From contig NC_058368.1 in NCBI RefSeq assembly GCF_018350175.1, forward strand, positions 176,950,001 to 177,014,000: DNA of 64,000 nt. The letters are read 5' to 3'. Each line of letters opens with the position of its first letter. Position 1 is the first letter of the stretch. Below are positions 1 to 13,770 of this stretch, piece after piece. The translations under genes and the position numbers were made by a program. Under the pieces are notes generated by a model. That model saw only the letters and a list, made by a program, of their open reading frames with translations, was not told the DNA's origin and did not search any database. Origin of the DNA: Felis catus (Eukaryota).

Positions 1-116
1 TTGGGTAAGCATCTGACTCTTGAACTCAGCTTAGGTCTTAATGTACAGTTTGTGAGTTGAAGTCCTGTGTTGGGCTCTGTGCTGGGCGTGAAGCCTACTT
101 AAAAAAAAAAAAAAAA
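1..116 (+). mobile_element. Can-SINE (cut by window edge)
   Basis: SINE body plus poly-A tail. Confidence 0.8.
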
Positions 117-911
117 GCAAGCTAGCTTTATATAAAGGAAAGAGTCTTCCTTTATAATTACTTTTTACATTCCTTCTGTTTTTAATACTTATAGCCTATA
201 TTTTTAGAGCAGTATTTATTTATTGTTTGCATAGGTTTGCAAGTTGGGAGTAGGGGATTCGGGGTGGGAAAGAATAATTGTTTATCTGTGATTGCCTTAA
301 TGTAGAATAAGCCTGAGACCCAGAATCTTAGAACTTTGACTTCCCTTACTTTGTACTTATCATAGTTATCTATAGGAATATCTGATTGTGTTCTATAAAT
401 TATAGCCTGTTTACAGGTTCATGGAGACAAAGTAGCTCTGTTTTATGTAAGGCAAGAGCCTATGCATTATTTTATTGGATATGGGCTCAGATCTCTTTGC
501 TTATTCTCTGCTTTAGTATGAAGGAATCAAACTGATGTTTGATCTTTCCTTGTTCAAATGTCTAAAATAACTTTCTGGGTATTACTGACATTGGTACCCT
601 TGACTGAATTTCCTTGTTCATATCTGAAACTTAACGGTGTTTCTTGGGTGGACTTTTGAATTGTGTTCTGTCGTGTGCTCTAACTCACCATTAGTTTATA
701 ACTTAGCTATTTAGCTACATGATTTTACCTAGAAGTACTCAGTGGTGTTGCTAAAATTTAAGTTTAAGTGTTCTCATTTGTAAAATATGGATTATAACTA
801 CCTACCTCATAGGGTGGTTGTGTTGATTAAATGTGATAATAACACATATAAATTACTTACCATAGTCCAGAAAACATTTGATAAATAGTAGTGCTAATGG
901 TTGTACTTCTT

Positions 912-3900
912 TTTTTTTAAATTTTTTAAATTTATTTTTTATAATTTATAACCAAGTTAGTTAGCACATGGTGCAACAATGATTTCAGGAGTAGATTCAT
1001 TCGTTAAGCCCCTTACCCATTTAGCCCATTCTCCCTCCAACAACCCCTCCAGCAACTCTCTGTTCTCTATATTTAAGAGTTTCTTATGTTTTGTCCCCCT
1101 CCCCGTTTTTATATTATATTTGCTTCCCTTCCCTTAAGTTCATCTGTTTTGTATCGTAAAGTCCTCATATGAGTGAAGTCAGATATTTGTCTTTCTCTGA
1201 CTAATCTCGCTTAGCATAATACCCTCTAGTTCCATCCACATAGTTGCAAATGGCAAGATTTCATTATGATTCCTGAGTAATACTCCATTGTATGTATATA
1301 CCACATCTTTATCCATTCATCCATCAATGGATATTTGGGATCTTTCCATACTTTGGCTATTGTTGATAGTGCTGCTATAAACATTGGGGTGCATGTGTCC
1401 CTTCAAAACGGCATACCTGTATCCCTTGGATAAATATTTCATAGTGCAATTGCTGGGTCATAGGGTAGTTCTACATTTTAATTTTTTGAGGAACCTCCAT
1501 ACTGTTTTTCAGAATGGCTGCACCAGTTTGCATTCCTACCAGCAGTGCAAAAGAGATCCTCTTTCTCCGCATCCTAAAATCATCTATTGTTGACTGAGTT
1601 GTTAATGTTAGCCATTCTGATAGGTATGAGGTGGTATCTCAGTGTGGTTTTAATTTGTATTTCCCAGATGATGAGTGATGTTGAGCATTTTTTCATGTGC
1701 CAGTTGACCATCTGGATGTCTTCTTTGGAGAAGTGTCTATTCATGTGTTTTGCCCATTTCTTCACTGGGTTATTTATTTTTGAATGTTGAGTTTGGTAAG
1801 TTCTCTAGAGATTTTGGATACTAACCCTTTATCTGATATGTCGTTTGCAAATATCTTGTCCCATTCCGTCGGTTGCCTTTTAGCTTTGCTGATTGTTTCC
1901 TTTGCTTTTTATTTTGATGAGGCCCCAGTAGTTCATTTTTGCTTTGGTTTCTCTTGCCTCTGGAGATGTGTTGAGTAAGAAGTTACTGCAGCCAAGACAA
2001 AGAGGTTTTGCCTGCTTTCTCCTCTAGGCTTTTGATGACTTCCTGTCTTAAGTTTAGGTCTTTCATCCATTTGAGTTTATTTTTGTGTATGGTGTCATAA
2101 AGTGGTCTAGGTTCATTCGTCTGCATGTTGCTGTCCAGTTTTCCCAGCACCATTTGCTGAAGAGATTGTCTTTATTCCATTGGATATTCTTTCCTGCTTT
2201 ATCAAAGATAAGTTGGCCATACGTTTGTGGGTTTCTGGGTTCTCTGTTCTGTTCCATTGATGTGAGTGTCTTTTTGTACCAGTACCATACTGTCTTGATG
2301 ATTACAGCTTTGTAATACAGCTTGAAGTCCAGGATCGTGGTGCCTCCTGCTTTGGTTTTCTTTTTCAAGATTGCTTTGGCTATTCAGGGTCGTTTCAGGT
2401 TCCATACAAATTTTAGGATTGTTTGTTCTAGCTCTGTGAAGAATGCTGGTGTTATTTTGATATAGGTATTGCATTGAATATGTAGATTGCTTTGGGTAGT
2501 ATTGACATTTTAGCAACATTTGTTCTTCCTATCCAGGAGCATGAAATAATACTTTTCCATTTTTTTGTGTCTTCTTCAATTTCTTTCATAAGCTTTCTAT
2601 AGTTTTCAGTGTATAGATTTTTTACCTCTTTGGTTAGATTTATTCCTAGGTATTTTATGGTTTTGGTGCAATTGTAAATGGGATCAATTCCTTGGTTTCT
2701 CTTTCTGTTGCTTCATTATTGGTGTATAGGAAGGCAACCGGTTTCTGTGCATTGATTTTATATCCTGCAACTTGGCTGAATTCATGGATCAGTTCTAGCA
2801 ATTTTTTGGTAGAACCTTTTGGGTTTTCATATAGAGTATCATGTCATCTGCGAAGAGTGAAAGTTTGACCTCCTCCTGGTCAGTTTGGATGTCTTTTATT
2901 TCTTTGTGTTGTCTGATTGCTGAGGCTAAGACTTCCAATACTGTGTTAAATAACAGTGGTGAGAGTGGGCATCCCTGTCTTATTCCTGACCTTAGGGGGA
3001 AAGCTCTCAGTTTTTCCCCACTGAGAATGATAGTAGTGGTGGGTCTTTCATATATGGTCTTTATGATCTTGAGGTATGATCCTACTGTCCCTACTTTCTT
3101 GAGGGTTTTTATTAAGAAAGGATGCTATATTTTGTCAAATGCTTTCTCTGCATCTATTGAGAGGATCATGTGGTTCTTGTCCTTTCTTTTATTGATGTTA
3201 TGAATCACATTGGTTGTTTTCCAGATATTGAACCAGCCCTGCATCCCACATAAATCCCATTTGGTAGTGGTAAATAATTTTTTTAAGGTATTTTTGGATC
3301 CGATTGGCCAGTATCTTGTTGAGGATTTTTGCGCCCATGTTCATCAGGGAAATTGTTCTATAGTTCTCCTTTTTAGTGGGGTCTTTGTCTGGTTTTGGAA
3401 TCAAGGTAATGCTGGCTTCATAGAAAGAGTTTGGAAGTCTTCCTTCCATTTCTATTTCTTGGAACAGCTTCAAGAGATTAGGTGTTAACTCTTCCTTAAA
3501 TGTTTGGTAGAATTCCCCTGGAAAGCCATCTGGCCCTGAACTCTTGTTTTTTGGGAGATTTTTGATTACTAATTCGATTTCTTTACCAGTTATGGGTCTG
3601 TTCAAATGTTCTATTTCTTCCTGTTTCAGTTTTGGTAGTTTATATGTTACTAGGAATTTGTCCATTTCTTCCAGATTGCCCATTTTATTGGCATATAATT
3701 GCTCATAATATTCTCTTATTATTGTTTGTATTTCTGTTGTGTTGTGATCTGTCCTCTTTCATTCTTGATTTTATTTATTTGGGTCCTTTCCTTTTTCTTT
3801 TTGATCAAACTGGCTAGGGTTTATCAATTTTGTTAATTCTTTCAAAGAACCAGCTTCTGGTTTCGTTGATCTGTTCTGTTGTTTTTTTGGTTTCTGCTCT

Positions 3901-4021
3901 AATCTTTTTTGCTTCCTGTGTTCTGTTGGTTTGGGGTTTTATTTGCTGTTCTTTTTCCAGTCCTTAAGGTGTAAGGTTAGGTTGTGTATCGCTGACCACC
4001 TTTCTTCCTTCTTTAGGAAGG
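912..4021 (-). mobile_element. 5'-truncated carnivore LINE-1 (3' part of ORF2 plus 3'UTR), degenerate
   Basis: ORF2 fragments ([23 protein letters not shown] motif near 2841-2858, WCWENW, C-terminal region) broken by frameshifts; poly-T tail at left; TSD 895-911 / 4022-4038. Confidence 0.95.
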
Positions 4022-5145
4022 TAACGGTTGTATTTCTTGAACTCTGACATTAACAAGTAAATTTGTTGTACCAAATCTTTAATTATAGAGTTTGTCCATT
4101 TTTCTGGATATATTATCTACTGATAACATCTTTTTCTGGCTTTTAGGAGATTGCCCATGGGCATATGCCTAATCGAATTTGGAGGTTGTGTTAACTCAAT
4201 AGCTACAGGTTTATTAGACACCTAAACATTGAGGACATAGTTAGTATCATCCCATATCTGGGCCATCCCTATCCCTTTCATCTGCATCTGTTAGTATTAC
4301 CATAAGAGTATTGAACAATACTTAGATATTAGATTGACAATCTGAAGAGATCTTAGGCCATACATTCCTTTCTAAGATTCTTTCAGTCAAATCTCTCTCC
4401 TATCTTGTTTTCATCTCATCCTCTCTGTCTTCTCTTTCCATAATCTTATTATCTCAACCTATTCATATTATCTTCCCAATATAAATATTATAAAAAATTC
4501 TTCAACGTTTGAAAACTATATGGAAATGTCTTTGTAAATGTTATTTGTATAGGTCTTGCTATCTTGTCTGTTATTTTAGGTTTTGTGTGTACAAAATAAG
4601 CAAGGATTATACACTTTTTTGTTTAAATTGTATTTAATATCAGTGTTATGTGCACAAAAATTATGTATTTCTCAATGGCTTTTGTTCCTATAAAATAACT
4701 ATCTTTTTTCCTGAGTTGTTTTTGAAAGAAACAACCAAAACACATCCCACCACCCATTGCCTCTACCCCATGTTTCCTCCCTTATTTTCTTACAGTGGTT
4801 CCTTGAATGATTCTGTCCTTGTCTCAGTTCCAGTCTGCAGGTCATATTCATTATATTTTTGCCTTGTCCAAGTGCAAAATAATTCCGTGCTTCCTAATGA
4901 TCTCCCTTTATTAATATCAGTGGTGTCTTTAGTTCATTACTCTCAAATGGCAGTAGGGAGAGTTAAGAGGGCGGCTGGTGTCATAACTACCTGGGAATAT
5001 TATATGTATGCATATATTTTCACTCTGCAAATTGTGACTCAGATTGAGGATGATATGGACATGTATATTGTGGAAAAATCTTCCTAGTGATTCTCGTATC
5101 TGGCATCTCTTTTCTGTAGCCTTCTATCCTTTAAGAGCTTTATTT

Positions 5146-5365
5146 ATTTATTAATTTTTAATTTTTTTTTTAATGTGTATTTATTCTTGAGAGAGAGACG
5201 GAGCACGAGTGAGGAGAGGCAGAGAGAGGAGACCTAGAATCCCAAGCAGGCTCCAGGCTCTGAGCTGTCAGCACAGAACCTAACGCGGGGCTCAAACCAC
5301 GAGCCACGAAATCATTACCTGAGCCGAAGTTGGATGCTGAACTGACTGAGCCACCCAGGCACCCC
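5146..5365 (-). mobile_element. Can-SINE
   Basis: Full body, TSD AGAGCTTTATTT on both sides. Confidence 0.9.
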
Positions 5366-5589
5366 AGAGCTTTATTTTTCATGATTTACACAACATTTTT
5401 TACTTATGGTCCTAAATTTCTTAAAGAATATCTCCTTTTTCTAACTGATTGCTATTTTGGCATTACCTAAAAATCATAAAAACATTCCTAACACAGTATT
5501 TTGCCACTAAAACTAGGTTACAGATTAAATGGCTTACCCAAATTAGCATAAACAGTTTTTTCCTTTTGTTTTTGTTTTTTTAAGGTGTG

Positions 5590-6184
5590 AGATGCCTGCC
5601 GGGCTCAGTTGGTGGAATGTGTGACTCTTGATCTTGGGGTTGTGAGTTGAGCCCCACATTGGGTGTAGAGATTAATTAAAAGTAAAATTATGTATTATTA
5701 TTATTATGTTTATTTATTTATTTTTGAGAGAGCACAAGCTGGGGAGGGGCAGAGAGAGAGGGAGTCAGCAAATCTGAATAAAGCAGGCTCCAGGCTCCAA
5801 CCTGTCAGTGCAGAGTCCGACATGGGGCTTGAACTCAACGAGCTGTGAGATCATGACCTGAGTCAAAGTCGGACACTTAACCAACTGAGCCACTCAGGCG
5901 CCCTTTATTTTATTATTTTTTAAAGTTTATCTATTTAGAGAGAAAGAGAGCAGGGCGCAAGCAGGGGAGAGAGAGAGAGAGAGAGAGGGAGGGAGGGAGG
6001 AGGAGGAGGAGGAGGAGGAGGAGGAGGAGGAGGAGGAGAGAGAGAGAATGAATATGAATGAATCCTAAGCAGGCTTGTGCTGTCAGCACAGAGACCAAAG
6101 TGGGGCTTGAACCCATGAACCATGAGATCATCACCTGAGCTGAAATCAGGAGTCACTTGCTTAACTGAGCCATCCAGGCACCCA
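5590..6184. mobile_element. Cluster of three Can-SINEs (one +, two -), with a (GGA)n tract at ~5996-6037
   Basis: tRNA-like heads, CT-rich segments, A/T tails. Confidence 0.85.
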
Positions 6185-6410
6185 AAAAATAACATATTTT
6201 TTAAAAGGTGGTTGTTAATTCTTATTTTTCACAGAATCTGGCTCATAGTTTGTTTCAGAAACAGTATCTGTTTTATAAAGATGAGCATTTAATGCTTTTT
6301 AGAATTATTATATAGAAGATTAAAACGATTTTTAAAATTGGCTTAAAATTAAACTTAAATAAAAAAAGAAGCAGTGCATGAATTCTGGGTTATTTAAAGG
6401 TCCCTATAGA

Positions 6411-6744
6411 GGTGCCTAGGTGGCTCAGTTGATTGTGTCTGACTCTTGATTACAGCTCAGGTCATGGGGTTGAGCCCTGTGCTGGGCTCCACGATGAGCA
6501 TGGAGCCTGCTTGAGATTCGCTCACTCTCTCCCTCTGCCTTTTTTTTTTTTTTTTTTTAATGTTTATTTTGAGAGAGAGGCACTGCAAGCAGGGGAGGGA
6601 CAGAAAGAGAGGGGGACAGAGGAGCTTGAAGGAGGCTCTGTGCTGACAGCAGAGAGCCTGATGTGGGGCTCGAACTCACAAACAGTGAGATCATGACCTG
6701 AGCCAAAGTCAGATGCTTAACCAATTGAGCCACCCAGGTGTCCC
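6411..6744. mobile_element. Two abutting Can-SINEs in opposite orientation
   Basis: + copy 6411-6540, - copy ~6541-6744. Confidence 0.85.
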
Positions 6745-7002
6745 AGAATTTGTCTTTTAATAAGCTTAACTGATAAATTTGTCATCAACATAAAGCTTAA
6801 GAATGAAAGCATGAAGACATTACACACACATGGAGACAGAGGATTTTCTCCAGACTATTGTGTTTAGAAATGAAACAGGAAATTAATATAGGATCTGTTG
6901 AATGACTAACCATAAGTTAATAGTATATTAATATATTAATTAATGATTTCCACTCTATCCTCGAAGAAACAAAAATGATTTGGAGTTATAAAATGTAAAC
7001 TT

Positions 7003-7183
7003 CCCCGGGGCATTATGGGTGGCTCAGTTGGTTAAGCATCCGACTTGATTTCAGCTCAGGTCATGATCTCACGGTTTGTGGCTCGGAGACTGCTTGGGAT
7101 TCTGCCTCTCCCTCTCTCTCTGCCCCTCCCCTGCTTGCTCTCTATCTCTCTCAAGATAAATAAAAATAAATTTAAAAAATAAA
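7003..7183 (+). mobile_element. Can-SINE
   Basis: TSD ATAAAATGTAAACTT. Confidence 0.85.
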
Positions 7184-8209
7184 ATAAAATGTAAACTTAA
7201 CCATTCTTCTGTTTCTGTCACCCCCCCCCCCTTTTTTTTTCAATTAGAGTGACAAAGGCCTTGAAATAGCGGAGGTAAAAGATTGTCCCTGTGTCAGTAG
7301 GCTTCTCTGAAGATCATTGTCCCCTTAAATATGTGACAAAATGTTGCACAAGCTCTTAATCATGGTGTAGCTATCAGATGGCTTGAGCAATGTACACAAG
7401 CTAAGCCACCTTTCACATGCTTGCTAGAAGACAGAGAGAGAGGGAGAGACCGAATCCCAAGCAGGTTCCATATTAGACTTGGTGCTTCTGAATGCTACCG
7501 TCTTAATAGCTAACTTGGTAGCATCTCCTAGTGTTTGACTGCCAGATATAAGCTTAATATAATTCCCAGGAAAGTGTTGTTTGCATGAGAGCTTGACATT
7601 AGTTAGTCCTAAAAGACCACTCATATTTGAATGAAGGGTAATTTTGATGGTCCTTTTGACATTGCGATTCAGGTTTGTAGAGGACCCCATGAGGCATAAC
7701 GCATTGGACTCGAACTCTGTGAAGGTTTGATGCTTTGTGATGCTGCTGTGAGTGAGCTCTCCCCTGTAAATCTGGTTCTGAGATTTAAAACCTGTGTGAG
7801 AAGGGAACCAACATTATTGTTTTCAATGGGTTTATTATATGTATTAGGCAATTTTGCATGAGTTTTATTATTTAATCCTTACGACAGTTCTGAGATAGAT
7901 ACTATAGTCCTTGGGGAAACAGATTGAATATATCCAAAATTAGTGTCTAAATTAAAATTTGAGTATGATCAACTCCAAAGCTGCTACTCTTGCATCAGAT
8001 TCACTACTTCTCCTCCAGTCTTCTGGTCCTCCATTAGACTTGACAGTAGGCTTCCCAAATCATAGGATGAACCTACTGTTTTGTTCCTGTACAGTCTTTC
8101 TGTTATTTCCGTGCTTCTATCCAACTTCATTAGGCCTTCCTTTGCCATAAGAAGTCACATTTGTTGAAAAAGAGTTTGTGCCTTTTGGGTCAGTTAGAAA
8201 AGAGAAATC

Positions 8210-8340
8210 AGGGGAAAAAAAGGAAGGGAAGGAAGGGAAGGAAGGAAGGGAAGGAAGGAAGGAAGGAAAGGAAGGAAGGAAGGAAGGAAGGAAGGAAAGG
8301 AAGGAAGGAAGGAAGGAAGGAAGGAAGGAAGGAAAGAAAG

Positions 8341-8415
<75 letters not shown>

Positions 8416-8424
8416 AAAGAGAAG
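8210..8424. repeat. Compound (GGAA)n(GAAA)n microsatellite, pure polypurine
   Basis: Read directly; no pyrimidine seen over ~215 nt. Confidence 0.97.
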
Positions 8425-8614
8425 TTCAGAATAAAGACAGTATTTCTACAAGCTTTGGAAGAGACCCCCAATGTGACAAAAGCCTTGTAGTTCCAGGACA
8501 TTGCCCACTTAGTTAATTTTGGGAGGACAGTTTTCTATATCAGATTGTCAGTGTATTTTGAATATTAAAATTTCAACTGTATTGAGGTATATTGAAGTAT
8601 ACTAACAGCACATA

Positions 8615-8823
8615 TTTTTAAAAATTTTTTAATGTTTATTTTTGAGAGACAGGCAGCATGAGCGGGGGAGGGACAGAGAGAGAGGGAGACACAGAATCCG
8701 AAGCAGACTCCAGGCTCTGAGCTGTCAGCACAGAGCCCGATGCAGAGCTCGAACTCACAGACTGTAAGATCATGACCTGAGCCGAAGTCGGATGCTTAAC
8801 CGACCGAGCCACCCAGGCGCCCC
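8615..8823 (-). mobile_element. Can-SINE inserted in an old L1 3' fragment
   Basis: Consensus-like SINE body. Confidence 0.9.
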
Positions 8824-8951
8824 AAGTGTACAACTTGATCAGCTTTGGCATGTATACACCATGAAACCATCATCACAAGATAACCTTTCGTATCTCCAGA
8901 AGTTGCCTAATGTAAAAATTTATTTTTAACTTTTACAAGTTTGTTCATGTA

Positions 8952-9170
8952 GGGGCACCTGGGTGGCTCAGTCAGTTAAGTGTGTCTGACTTCAGCTTAG
9001 GTCATGATCTCACAGTTCGTAAGTTCAAGCCCTGCATCGGGCTCTATGGTGACAGCTCAGAGCCTGCTTTGGATCCTTCATCCCCCTCTCTGTCTGCCTC
9101 TTCCCTGCACGCACGCTCTCTCACTCTCACTCTCTCTCTCTCAAACATTAAAAAAATCCAAAAAACAAAA
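8952..9170 (+). mobile_element. Can-SINE
   Basis: TSD TTTGTTCATGT. Confidence 0.9.
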
Positions 9171-10219
9171 ATTTGTTCATGTTGCTATGTGAGTCTCAGG
9201 TAGTAAAAACATTAAGACTGACTGCATGCAGTCTTATAGGAGTGAGCATAGAGGGATAAGCAGTGAGGCCTTTGAATGAAAGGCTGAAAAAGGCCTCTTT
9301 TTTTTAACCTGAAACATTGCTTGAGAAAGAGTTCTGGCATTTAGTAAAGCTATTCTTATTATTTGGCATATAATCTAGTTTTATCTTTTTAATTTTCTTG
9401 TGAAGTATTTTAAAATACTTCATAAAATAACCATAGAAAACAGTTGACCGAGGAAAAGAGAATATCTGCACAAGTCATCTAGACAGAAGGTAAATAAAAA
9501 CTTGAGAAAATATGTATGAAATTAGGACACAAGGTGGAGCCTTGGCAGCTTTCTTTCTATCATGGGGAGATTTCAGGGCTTCCTGACCTGGGGAGGTGAT
9601 ACCCTGGCAGTTGTCTATCCTGGTGGCCATCTGTCCCTCCTAGGACTTGAAGCCTGTGATAGGTTTGTGAGGAGAAGGGAAAAAAGACAGGAGCATCCTT
9701 GCACTGAGACTGCTTGGTGAGCAGTGTAAGCAAGCCTGACCAGAACTTCTTTAGAACTAGTGAATTTGCTAAATGAACCATACCCTCAGGGTCCAGTGGG
9801 CAGTGAGTAAAAACCTAGAAATTGCAAATGTAAACATAGCTAAAAGTGATTTTAGAAAGGTAGAAAAATGCCTACATTATTGACATTCAAAGTGGTTATT
9901 TCCTTCTTGTGTTTAAACGTACAGGCTTTCTTTAAGGAAAACTCTCCATCTTACAACTTTGCCCTGTTGTTCATACATTCCTCACATATGGTAGGTGAGA
10001 CAGTGACAGTAATAGGTCCATTTTGTCACTACGTTTGGTGGCCTCACAGCACTGAAATTTAGTCACCGTTTTCTTTTGCCTCATCTTCCAGTTCCTTCTT
10101 GGATCTTATATTGTTCATATCATTGGCAGTTGTGTTGGTGGGCTGCATTTGGACTGTTGGCTTCTTGCTCCTTGTGATTCATGTTTGACTTTTCATCCCT
10201 CTAAAAGTTTCCTCTTCAT

Positions 10220-10425
10220 GGAGCACCTGAGTGGCTCAGTCGGTTGAGCGTTTGACTTCAGCTCAGGTCATGATCTCGTGGTCCATGAGTTCGAGCTCTG
10301 TGCTAACAGCTCAGAGCCTGGAGCCTACTTCGAATTCTGTGTCTCCTTCTCTTTCTGCCCCTCTCCTATTCACACTCTGTCTCCCTCTCTCACTCTCTCT
10401 CAAAAATAAACATTAAAAAAAAATT
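10220..10425 (+). mobile_element. Can-SINE
   Basis: Consensus body plus A tail. Confidence 0.88.
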
Positions 10426-10559
10426 TTTAATTTTCCTCTGCCTTCTCCCCCCTCCCCCCCCGCCCCATGTCCATTTCTTTCTTTCCATTAGCCATATCAC
10501 TTGGGAACCCAGCCCTGTAGTTTTACCCCTATGTTACACATTTACTTCTTCAGGAATCA

Positions 10560-10710
10560 GATTATTTCAGTCTATCACTTATTGTGTCTGACCCTGGACA
10601 AGTTCTTTCTCTCTGCTTCAATTTTCTCATTTGTAGAATGAGTGGAATAGACTGGCCATAGAGGGCTATTGTGAGGATTAAATGTTAATGTGTGAGAAGT
10701 GCTTAGAGCT
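10560..10710 (+). mobile_element. MIR relic
   Basis: MIR core-like 'ctcatttgtagaatg...gtgaggattaaatg'. Confidence 0.6.
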
Positions 10711-12286
10711 AGAGCGAATGTCTGCTTTTATGTTCAAACCTGTACATCTGAGATTATTACTCTACAAGCTGCTCTTAACCCTTTTCCCAGTATGCCTTTT
10801 CAGTTACCTGCACATAATTCAGTTGAAGTATCTCGCTAAACCTGAAGCAGTTAAGAAACTAAGCAAAAAATCTTGTAACCCTAAATTCTCTGTCACTCTC
10901 ATTTCCTATTTAGGTGATTCTTTCCTTTTTCTTTTCCATCATCCATAACCACTCGATAGGTCTGGCCAGTGACCATATTCTCTCAGATCCAATTCTTTCC
11001 ATTGCTGTAGTCAGGCAGTCATTTCAGCACGTCCCCGATACCAGGCATTGTCTCTTTATACAAATGATAAAATAGCCTTCAGCCTTTTGTTGTTCACTAG
11101 CCTAACCCTAGCACCTGGAACATTGCTTGGCATGTAACAGCCACTCAGTATCTGCTGGATGAGTAACTCATGTACTGTATCAGCCACCTCCGGTTACTTC
11201 CTACATTACGAAGTCTAAAGTCCCAAATCTTTCTATCAGGTTGCCACTGTTTCTGTCTATCTAGTCATTTCACATCATCGATTCTCTGTTCTACCTTAGC
11301 AAAATCACTTGCTATTTCCTGCTTACCTTGTACTAATTCTTGTTTTCTTATTGTTCCTATTTCTTGAGATGCCCTTTCCGTGTCCTGCCCAGAACACACT
11401 CTTTCTTCAGAATTTCTCCTCCTTTGCTCTGTTAACTTTAGTCACTCTTCTGTTGTGTGATGTCTCAGCTTTTGTTTGATTTTCAATGTGTCAACTTATA
11501 CTTAAAATCTCTGGTGGGTTTGCTGTATCTGCTTACCTCAATTAGAAGTTTCTGGGGATCTAGGACAATGTTGGCTCTCTTGTAACCTTTTCTCCCTAGG
11601 GTCTTACACTCTTCCATGTGTTTAGTAAATGTACCTGCAACAACTGTGTGGACTGTGAAGATTCTTTTCTAGTAGTCCTTGTGAAGTCCTACAAAGGTGT
11701 GTTAGAGATCACTATTAGAGCATTGTGTCTTTAGTGTAGAGATTTAGGGCTAATAAACAATGGAGGATTGGGAGTGTATTGTTCAAAACTCTGGGCCTAC
11801 AGAGAAGGCATTCTGCTCTGAGCAGGTAATTCTGGGGTAATATTCAGCTGTGGGCTATATATATTGTCAGCAATGATTGTTTTTAATGATAACTTATGAT
11901 CCCAGATATTGGGAGAAAATAACCAATAAAACTATAGCTTAAAGTGTAACAAAATCATATCTGACTTCCCCTATTTAGTTATTTACAGCATGTTTGTAAC
12001 TCAGATTATAATTTGACAAAAGTGAGGAAAAGAGTAAATCAGAAAACTTCATGTTAACGAAATGCAAGTTACCTTTCCCAAAATATTAAAATATGGAAGC
12101 TAAGCAATACGAAGTCTGGATAGCTTATTTCCAGCATCATAGACATGAGTGCTGCCTGAGCTAGAATAAGAAGATATGCCATCTACTGGCATCACTTCCA
12201 TGGAATTTTTATTCTCACTGATTTAAGTCTGAAAACTGAATTTCTGACTTGTTGGGCTGAAGGGCAGAAGGGAAGACTGCATTCCA

Positions 12287-12950
12287 GGGGCACCTGGCTG
12301 GCTCAATCAATAAAGCATGCAGCTCTTGATCTTAGGACTGTGAATCTGAGCCCCACATTGGGGGTAGAGTATACTTTAAAAATAAATGAATAAATAAAAT
12401 CTCTTCCTTTATGATATTATCTTAAAAAGGTGGGGGAGGGAGAGAAATGAGTGAATGAATTGGCAGAAGATGCCTGAAATTAGCATTTTGTTTTTTAATT
12501 TTGTTTTTTTAAGTTCATTTATTTACTTTGACCAAACTGACACAAGCAGAGAAGGGGCAGAGAGAAGGAGAGACAGAATCCCAAGCAGGCTCCATGCCAT
12601 CAGTGCAGAGCCCAATTTGGGACTTGAACCCACAAACCATGAGATCACGACCTGAGCTGAGACCAAGAGTCGGACGCTCAACTGACTGTGCCACCCAAGT
12701 GCCCCTGAAATTAGTTTTAAGAAAAAGAGAGAAGGGGCGCCTGGGTGGCCCAGTTGGTTGAGCATCCGACTTCGGCTCAGGTCATGATCTCGCTGTCCGT
12801 GAGTGAGTTCAAGCCCCACATCAGACTCTGTACTGACAGCTCGGAGCCTGGAACCTGCTTCGGATTCTGTGTCTCCCCCTCTCTCTGCCCCTCCCCCACT
12901 CATGCTCTGTCTCTCTCTCTCTCTCTCAAAAATAAATAAACGTTTAAAAA
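12287..12950. mobile_element. Three Can-SINEs (+ 12287-12400, - ~12486-12705, + 12734-12950)
   Basis: SINE heads and tails; TSD-like TGAAATTAG and AAAAAGAGAGA. Confidence 0.88.
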
Positions 12951-13770
12951 AAGAGAGAGAGAAGCCTGCTATCTATGGCATAGGGGCATTCAGATGTAAA
13001 AAGAGCCAAAGTACCTATTTGATTGTATGTTTGTTTTGAGATTGGCATGCACTCCTGTTGTAGCAATGTACAAAAGCTGCTATGACATCTCTAGTCCTTT
13101 TCTAAAGAGCTGTCTTTCAGTCTGGACATGGTTCTGCTTGCCATTTGACTGCTTTTGTTTGCAGACCTGCTATTTTATATCTGTCATGGCACTGACGACA
13201 AAGCAGCACATGCAAACCTGGAAACCACTTTAGAGTTTTTCTCCTGCCTCATTTTGCTGAGTGAGAAGCGTATTTCAGGTTAAAGAATATTGCTTAAGGT
13301 TGCACAGCTAGTTAATAGCAAGGCTGGGAGTTTCATCTTGGTCTCTAGATTTCGAAGGTAATAATTTGGAATGGTACTTCTCTAAAAGAATGTTTTTCTA
13401 GCAGAACAATTATGTAGATATGCTCTGGTACTTAGGCTGACCATACTGACCCCCCCTCCCCCCGCCCCAGCAATATCAGTGGGATATATATCTGAGGTGT
13501 TTCCTTAATAGAGGTGATGGGTCTTTAGTGAACTCTCCATGTTCTCTCTCCTAGTTCTCCTGGTGGCCAGCCCAGCTGGAAGACACTAGTAGATTTCTTT
13601 GCCTCAGGACTAGGCTATATAAATAGTGAAGTTTGCACAACTGACTCTACCATTATTCATAAATAGCGTTGGTACTGCAACTGTGCTTGAAGTGTATCCA
13701 TTTCTGCAATGTCCTAGCATTCGCATTAATTAGTGAACAACACAGAGGCTGAATGATATCTTTAAACACA

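Noticed and set aside
8161..8516. Lys/Glu/Arg-rich and Phe/Leu/Ser-rich ORFs
   Set aside because: Microsatellite translation
12734..12810. tRNA-like A/B-box sequences
   Set aside because: SINE heads, not tRNA genes
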